DNA from: Pristiophorus japonicus
Taxonomy: Eukaryota
Length of the DNA stretch: 64,000 nucleotides
Direction of reading: 5' to 3'
NCBI RefSeq assembly: GCF_044704955.1
Contig: NC_091994.1
Span: forward strand, 92,318,001-92,382,000
Shown: positions 12,801-21,800 of the stretch, in pieces
How positions within the stretch are numbered: position 1 is the first letter of the stretch
How the letters are laid out: the number at the start of each line of letters is the position of its first letter
The notes under the pieces: generated by a model
Databases searched by the model: none
What the model was told of the DNA's origin: nothing
Seen by the model: the letters and a program-made list of their open reading frames with translations, nothing else
Made by a program: the position numbers and the translations under genes

Positions 12801-15800
12801 GCTGCTGTCAGTACAAACAGCAAGAGGCTGTAAAGCTGTGTATCTCCGCTCTTTCCTGGGGCGGGGGGATGTGAGCCTGATCCACATTTAGTCTCTCTCC
12901 TTCAGCCTGAGCAGTGTTTTTAAACTTAATCTAGTTGTCGCATTTGAAATGCCAAATGAAGGCAGTGAGCATTGCAAATTAATTAATTTAGTTAATTATT
13001 AGTTAGCTTTCACAGCAGCGAGCAATCACAGCTCAAAGTGACAGTGAGAATAACATCCAATCAAGTGGTACAAGCTTGAAGGTACAAAATGCGTAGCAGA
13101 TCGTGCAGCTCCGTCACACCCAGCAGGTCCCTGTCACCCAGCAGATGGCTGTCACCCTGTCATACAGTCACCCAGCAGATCCCTGTCACCCAGCAGGACC
13201 CTGACACCTAGCACATCCCTATCACCTTGTCACCCTGACACCCAGCAGGTCCCTGTCACCCAGCAGGTACCTGTCACCCTGTCATACAGTCACCCAGCAG
13301 ATCCCTGTCACCCAGCAGGTCCCTGACACCCAGCAGATCCATCACCCTGTCACCCAGCAGGTCCCTGTCACCCAGCAGGTCCCTGTCACCCTGTCACCCA
13401 GCAGGTCCCTGTCACCCAGCAGGTCCCTGTCATCCAGCAGATCCCTGTCACCCAGCAGGTCCCTGACACCCAGCAGATCCGTCACCCTGACACCCAACAG
13501 ATCTCTGTCACCTTGTCACCCTGTCACCCAGCAGGTCCCTGACACCCAGCAGGTCCCTGTCACCTAGTCGGCCATGTGTTGTTTAATTGCAGCTGATTAA
13601 TCTGTCACTATATGTATCCTCTCCCTGCAGGGAAAGTGCCGGAAGCTGAGTTAATGCCGTTCTTAAAGGATCTGACACGAAGCAAAGTGATGGACGAGCA
13701 TGCCACAATGCCCCTGCCAATGTCCAGCACCATTGTGACCAGCATGTTGCTGACCACCATCACAACCGAGGAAGCACCGGCAGCAAAGCCAAGAGGCACA
13801 CGGCAACAGGTAAACCAGATTGTACCAGGTCACAAGCCGCACCCTCCAGACACCAGGAGCAGCGACTAGCAAATATTCCTCCCTTCAGCAAAGTGTAATG
13901 GAGCAGATGTTCTTTTCAGGCTAGGGTACAGGACTACAGCAAGCAGTTCCTCGTCAACCAATTAAACCATGCTGGGATTAGCAGTTCATGTTGCCACTTC
14001 AGGATATAATAAGTCTGTCCTCCCACGAGAGTCTGTGCAACTCCTGGTTCATCTTGTCAAATCACTGATGTGACACAGAGCAGCTGTGGGTAAACCATAG
14101 TCTCTCAGAGTCTTTATTATCACCAGAAAAGCCACATCAGACCTCTCAGAAAACAAACCAGAGCAAGAAGGGAATCGAATATTTACAGTTCACATTCAGG
14201 GCAACAATTGGCATCTCTTTGCTGATTATTTCATTGTCTTTCACACATTGACACCACAATTCTATTAAACACAATTATGTTGCATCTTAGAAAAATATCC
14301 CAAGGCACATCAGAAAGGAGAAAACATGGGCACAGACCATGCGTGGGGAATTAGGGGAGGTGGCCAAAGGTATAATTGAATGGTCTTGAGAAGGTGTTTT
14401 AAGGGTGGGGGGAGATGGAGGTGTTTACAGAGTGCTAGTGGGTCGTGCTGGGATAACTGAAACCTTTTGCCACCGATGGTGGGAAGGTGCACAAAGGACC
14501 AGAGTTACAGGAAATTATGGCTCAGGTCAGGCTTAAGGATGGAGAAGATTGGTTGGGGAGAGGCTGTGTGGGGATTGGTTGGGCAGATGCTGTGTAAGGA
14601 TTGGTTGGGGAGAGGCTGTGTGTGAGTTTGTTGGGGAGATGCTGTGTGTGGCTTAGTTGGAGAGTTGCTGTGTGGGGATTGGTTAGGGAGAGGCTGTGTG
14701 GGGATTGGTTGGGGAGAGCTTGTGTGAGGATTGGTTGGAGAGAGGCTGTGTGTGGATTGGTTGGACAGAGGCTGTGTATGGATTGGTTGGGGAGAGGCTA
14801 TGTGGGGATTGGTTGGGGAGAGGCTGTGTACAGATTTATAGACGAGGATGGGGATTTTGAAATAAATACGTTGTGGGATAGGGAGACAGTGTAGGTGAGC
14901 AGAGGTTAGAATGATGGGCAAGTAGACAGGGCAAGGTTGGATGTAGGTAGTTGAATTTTGCACAGGGTAGAACTTATAGAGGCCAAGAAGAGGGAAATTG
15001 AGTCTGGAGGTGACAAATATGCAGATAAAGGTTTTTGTCGCAGTGCTGGGGAGGTAGAGGTGGAGGCTGCTGATGTTGTGGAGATGAAAGTTAGGAGGTC
15101 TTGATGGTAACTGAGATGTGTGGTTTGGAGCTTAACTCTTGGTCAGATAGGATATCATGGCTGTGGTCCATCTGGTGCAGGCTGTCTGAGTGTTTAGGAG
15201 GAAGGTAGAGTCAATGACAAGGACTGAAGATAGCTGAGAAAATTGTGGCTCATTCACAACTTGATATCAGGAAATCAGACAATGTAGAAATAGTTGGTGT
15301 TGTTTTTTCATTCTCAGGACGAGGGCATCGGTAGCAAAGCTGACATTTATTTCCAGACTTTTAGAAACTGAAGTCAAATTCTCAAACTGCTAAAGTGAGA
15401 TTTGCAGTCACTTTGTGTCAGTGAGGTAAACTGACATATCTCCTGAGGGTCCCTGAGAGACACCAGGTCCCCTGTCCAAAGTCCCGAGTTGTTGGATTGT
15501 TGTTGCCTGGTGGATTATCTCCTGATGGACGTTGCTTGTTGCTACTCTCCTGTCTGGTCTCTGTACTGTTATTTCTCCCAATCTAATTGCTGTCATTTTC
15601 TTTGCTCACTCATTTCATTTTCACTCAATTGCCTTGTTCTCTCTCTCTTATTTCTTCCTTATTTTGTCTCTCAAACAATCCATTTCCTTTTATGACTCCC
15701 TATTCCATCCCCGTCTTCCTGTCCTGTTACCTCTCTGTCTCCCCTGCTCCCATCTCTGACCCTCTCATGGCTGCCCTGAGCTCGTACAGGTGGGAGCAAG

Positions 15801-18800
15801 AACAGTCGCTGAGGTAAACCCCACCCTCGACATGACGCTCTTTGATTGGACTGATTATGAAGATATGAAGCCAGATATGTGGCCTTCAACAAAAAAGAAA
15901 GGTACTGGGTGAGATGGGGTAGGGTGGTGTGGGGGCGAGCCTGTGGGTTTGGGTGAGCGTGCGGTGGGCGCGAGCATGTGAGTGCACGGGGAAGGGATAC
16001 AAGCAAGCGAGTGCATGGGGAGCATAGGGGGAGTGAGCGCGCGGTGGGGTGGGACCATGCTGGGAGAGTGAGCCTGTGGCTAGGGCGCGGGCGCATGGGG
16101 AGCATGGGGGAGTGAGCGAGTGGTGGGGTGGGACCATGCTGGGGGAGTGAGTCTGTGGGTGGGCGAGAACGTGCGTGAAGGAAGCGCAAGTGCCTGGGGA
16201 AATGCAAGCGCACAGGGTAACGAGCACATAGAGGGGCACAAGTTTGTGGGGGGTGGGGGGGGGGGAGGGGGATCGAGGAGTGAGCCTCAGCAGCCTTTTT
16301 GGGGAAAGAGTTTCAGATTTCAACTTTCCTTTGTGTGAAGAAGTGCTTCCTGACTTCATTCCTGAACGGCCTAGCTCTAATCTTATGGTTATTCCCTTTT
16401 GTTCTGAACTATCCACACCAGAGGAAATAGTTTCTCTCTATCTACCCTATCAAATCCTTTAATTATCTTAAACACCTCAATTAGATCACCACTTAATCTT
16501 CTATTTCAGTGTCAGCTATGGCTCAGTGGGTAGCACGCTTGCCTCTGAGTCAGAATGTTGTGGATTCAAGTCCCACTCCAGGGACTTGAGCACCAAAATC
16601 TAGGCTGACACTCCAGTGCAGTGCTGAGGGAGCGCTGCATTGTTGGAGGTGCTGTCTTTCAGATGAGATGTTAAACTGAGGCCCCGTTTTAACATAAGAA
16701 CATAAGAATTAGGAACAGGAGTAGGCCATCTAGTCCCTCGAGCCTGCTCCGCCATTCAACAAGATCATGGCTGATCTGGCCGTGGACTCAGCTCCACTTA
16801 CCCGCCCGCTCCCCATAACCCTTAATTCCCTTATTAGTTAAAAATCTATCTATCTGTGACTTGAATACATTCAATGAGCTAGCCTCAACTGCTTCCTTGG
16901 GCAGAGAATTCCACAGATTCACAACCCTCTGGAAGAAGAAATTCCTTCTCAACTCGGTTTTAAATTGGCTCCCCCGTATTTTGAGGCTGTGCCCCCTAGT
17001 TCAAGTCTTCCCGACCAGTGGAAGCAACCTCTCTGCCTCTATCTTGTCTATCCCTTTCATTATTTTAAATGTTTCTATAAGATCACCCCTCATCCTTCTG
17101 AACTCCAATGAGTAAAGACCCAGTCTACTCAATCTATCATCATAAGGTAACCCCCTCATCTCCAGAATCAGCCTAGTGAATCGTCTCTGTACCCCCTCCA
17201 AAGCCAGTATATCCTTCCTTAAGTAAGGCGACCAAAACTGCACGCAGTACTCCAGGTGCGGCCTCACCAATACCCTATACAGTTGCAGAAGGACCTCCCT
17301 GCTTTTGTACTCCATCCCTCTCGCAATGAAGGCCAACATTCTATTCGCCTTCCTGATTACCTGCTGCACCTGCAAACTAACTTTTTGGGATTCATGCACA
17401 AGGACCCCCAGGTCCCTCTGCACCGCAGCATGTTGTAATTTCTCCCCATTCAAATAGTATTCCCTTTTTTTGTTTTTTTTTCCAAGGTGGATGACCTCAC
17501 ACTTTCCGACATTGTATTCCATTTGCCAAACCTTAGCCCATTCGCTTAACCTATCTAAATCTCTTTGCAGCCTCTCTGTGTCCTCTACACAACCCGCTTT
17601 CCCACTAATCTTTGTGTCATCTGCAAATTTTGTTACACTACACTCTGTCCCCTCTTCCAGGTCATCTATGTATATTGTAAACAGTTGTGGTCCCAGCACC
17701 GATCCCTGTGGCACACCACTAACCACCGATTTCCAACCCGAAAAGGACCCATTTATCCCGACTCTCTGCTTTCTGTTAGCCAGCCAATTCTCTATCCATG
17801 CTAATACATTTCCACTGACCCTGCGTACCTTTATCTTCTGCAGTAACCTTTTGTGTGGCACCTTATCAAATGTCTTTTGAAAATCTAAATACACCACATC
17901 CATCGGTACACCTCTATCCACCATGCTCGTTATATCCTCAAAGAATTCCAGTAAATTAGTTAAACATGATTTCCCTTTCATGAATCCATGCTGCGTCTGC
18001 TTGATTGCACTATTCCTATCTAGATGTCCCGCTATTTCTTCCTTAAGGATAGTTTCAAGCATTTTCCCCACTACAGATGTTAAACTAACCGGCCTATAGT
18101 TACCTGCCTTTTATAGTCTGCCCCCTTTTTTAAACAGAGGCGTTACATTAGCTGCTTTCCAATCCGCTGGTACCTCCCAAGAGTCCAGACAATTTTGGTA
18201 GATTATAACGAATGCATCTGCTATAACATCCGGCATCTCTTTTAATATCCTGGGATGCATTTCATCAGGACCAGGGGACTTGTCTACCTTGAGTCCCATT
18301 AGCCTGTCCAGCACTACCCCCCTAGTAATAGTGATTGTCTCCAGGTCCTCCCTTCCCACATTCCTGTGACCAGCAATTTCTGGCATGGTTTCTGTGTCTT
18401 CCACTGTGAAGACCAAAGCAAAATAATTGTTTAAGGTCTCAGCCATTTCCACATTTCCCATTATTAAATCCCCCTTCTCATCTTCTAAGGGACCAACATT
18501 TACTTTAGTCACTCTTTTGCGTTTTATATTTCTGTAAAAGCTTTTACTATCCGTTTTTATGTTTTGCGCAAGTTTACCTTCGTAATCTATCTTTCCTTTC
18601 TTTATTGCTTTCTTAGTCATTCTTTGCTGTCGTTTAAAATTTTCCCAATCTTCTATTTTCCCACTAACCTTGGCCACCTTATACGCATTCGTTTTTAATT
18701 TGATACTCTCCTTAATTTCCTTGGTTATCCACGGCTGGTTATCCCTTCTTTTACCGCCCTCCTTTTTCATTGGAATATATTTTTGTTGAGCACTATGAAA

Positions 18801-21800
18801 GAGCTCCTTCAAAGTCCTCCACTGTTCCTCAATTGTGCCACCGTTTAGTCTGTGTTTCCAGTCTACTTTAGCCAACTCTGCCCTCATCCCACTGTAGTCC
18901 CCTTTGTTTAAGCATAGTATGCTCATATGAGACACTACTTCCTCACTCTCAATCTGTATTACAAATTCAACCATACTGTGATCACTCATTCTGAGAGGAT
19001 CTTTTACTAGGAGATCGTTTATTATTCCTGTCTCATTACACAGGACCAGATCTAAGATAGCTTGCTCCCTTGTAAGTTCTGTAACATACTGTTCTAAGAA
19101 ACAATCCCGTATGCTTTCTATGAATTCCTCCTCCAGGCTACCCCGTGCGATTTGAGTTGACCAATCGATGTGTAGGTTAAAATCTCCCATGATTACTGCC
19201 GTTCCTTTTTCACATGCCTCCATTATTTCCTTGATTATTGCCCGCCCCACCGTGAAGTTATTATTTGGGGGCTTATAAACTACACCCACCAATGACTTTT
19301 TCCCCTTACTATCTCTAATCTCCATCCACAATGATTCAACATTTTGTCCATTAGAGCCAATATCGTCTCTCACAACTGCCCTGATATCATCCTTTATTAA
19401 CAGAGCTACCCCACCTCCTTTCCCTTCTTGTCTATCTTTCCGAATCGTCAGATACCCCTGTATGTTTAATTCCCAGTCTTGGCCCCCCTGCAACCACGTT
19501 TCTGTAATGGCTACCAAATCATACCCATTTGTAATGATTTGTGCCGTCAACTCATTTACTTTATTTCGAATGCTGCGTGAGTTTAGGTAGTCTTCTCTCT
19601 CAAGTGGATGTAAAAGATCCCATGGCACTATTTCGAAGAAAAGCAGGGGAGTTATCCCCGGTGTCCTGGCCACTATTCATTCCTCAGTGAACATAACAAA
19701 AACAGATTATCTGGTCATTATCACATTGCTGTTTGTGGGAGCTTGCTTGTGCGCAAATTGGTTGCTGCGTTTCCCAAATTACAACAGTGACTGCACTCCA
19801 AAAGTACTTCATTGGCTGTAGAGTGCTTTGAGACATCCATCCGGTGGTCATGAAAAGCGCTATATAAATCCAAGACTTTCTTTCTTTCTTTCTTTCTATA
19901 CTCAAGGGAATACAATCCTATTTTATGCAAAAATATGTGATTTCTGTACTTGGACCTCTAAATTTCTCTGCTCCTCCACAGTTCCTATCTTCTTGCCACT
20001 TAGAAAATACTCTGATACATCTTTCTTAGGTCCAAAGTGGATGACCTCACACTTCCCCACACTGAACTCTATCTGCCACACTTTTGCCCACTCACTTCAT
20101 CAACTTAGTTTGTGAGGGTAGGACAGGAATGAGTAAATGCAACTTTTGCACACTAATGAAACTGTTTCCTTCCAAAGGGTTGATATTTTTATTCTGTTTC
20201 TTTCTTTTAGACAAGCGTCGTAGCAAGAACCTGAGCAACGGGAACCTCACCTCACTGGCTGAAGTGGAGCCATGTGATCATCACCTGGACTGCCTGCCTG
20301 GTACCTGTACAGTTCCTACTGGAGGGTGTTGCATGGAGCAGTCCCGTGCAATAAGCTTTTAAGTTGGTTCACGGACTCCCAGGCCGCCTGCAATTTCTGC
20401 GATCTGGAGGAGTCTGTGTTCCATGTATATGTTGAATGTGTGAGGTTGCAGCCCATATTCCATTATTTGAGGGGGCTGCTCCTCAAATTCTGGTTCCACT
20501 TCAGTCCCACGCTCCTGATCTTTGGGCACCCTGTGCGGAGGGGAGCGGGCAGGTTGGAAGGCCTCCTCGTAGGCTTGCTCCTGGGCCAAGGTGGCCATTT
20601 ACTGGTCCAGACAGCGGGTGGTCAAGGGGGTCATTCAGCCCGACTGCCTGCCTCTCTTCCGTGGATACATCCGAGCCAGGGTGTCCCTGGAGATGAAGCA
20701 TGCGGTGTCCACCGGTACGCTCACGACCTTCCGCAAGAGGTGGGCACCGGAGGGACTGGAGTGCATCATCACCCCCGGCAACCAAATTTTTATTTGACTT
20801 AAGTTGATGGTCAAATGTTAATTTGTTTATTTGTCAGTTTTAGTGCCCCTTTAATAAGGGGGCATTTGATTTACAGATCAACTAAAATATTTGTACAGTT
20901 CTTGACCAGCCTGAGGCTCTAACCCATCACTCAAAGTTCTTTAATAATGAATGCGGTTTCTCAGCCAAGCTACCAGGGCAGTCGCTCTTACAACCAGAAG
21001 TCTGACCATTGGTCTGGAGTGGTCATTTGTGGCTCTGTCTATCTTTTAGCTGTGACTCACTGACCATTAGTGGTAAAGGAGAAAAATTAGAAAATAACAA
21101 AAAAATGAGAGCAGTGGCTATCATAAATGGATGAAGCAGTTGTGGCTACGGATTGTGACCATGTTCTGACACAGTAACATGGTTACACTGCAGTCCCCTC
21201 TTCGGTCTCCTGTCCATTATTATTGTTCAGTTGAGAGAGCAATGGAGTGTGTTGTGGATATGACCTGATACTGTCACCAATGCTGCTCTTGGCTGAGGTG
21301 ATAGAGAGAGGAAAGTAAAAGAGACACAAGCAATAAGCTCTGAGCAGCAGCGACTTGGCTCAGTGGTAGCACTCTCACCTCTAGTTCAAGCACCACTCCA
21401 GAAATTTGAGTACAGAAACCAAGCTGAGGGAGTGCTGTACTGTCAGAAGTGCCATCTTTCAAATGAGATGTTAAACCATCCCCCTCAGGTGAATGTAAAA
21501 GATCCTGTGTCACTATTCAAAGAGCTGGCGAGTTCTCCCCAATAGTGGTCAATATTGATCCCTCGGAAACACCGAAACAAGTTATCTGGTCATTATCTCA
21601 TTGCGGTGCACAAATTGGCTGCCGTGTTTCCTATATTACAATGGTGACTGCACTTCAAAAATATGTCATTGGCTGTAAAGAGCTTTGGACATCCTGAGGT
21701 TGTGAAAGGCACTATATCAATGTAAGTTGCTTCTTTCTAATTGTAATTGAGCAATGATTAAGCCTTTCAGTAGCCTGGCACAGTTATCAGAAAAAACCCT

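Noticed and set aside
13112-13563. CRISPR-like array
   Set aside because: Contiguous tandem units with no unique spacers, no cas genes and a vertebrate context. The same applies to 24545-24880.
15813-15819. Internal donor-like GAG|GTAAAC in DRAXIN coding exon 3
   Set aside because: Use would give phase 0 against the phase-1 next exon, causing a frameshift; no support.
16515-16585. tRNA gene
   Set aside because: A/B-box-like sequence is the head of a Deu-SINE and recurs at each SINE copy; no complete cloverleaf.
17001-19673. Functional autonomous reverse transcriptase gene
   Set aside because: 5'-truncated CR1 without ORF1 or promoter, with two in-frame stops; the apparent start lies in flanking SINE sequence.
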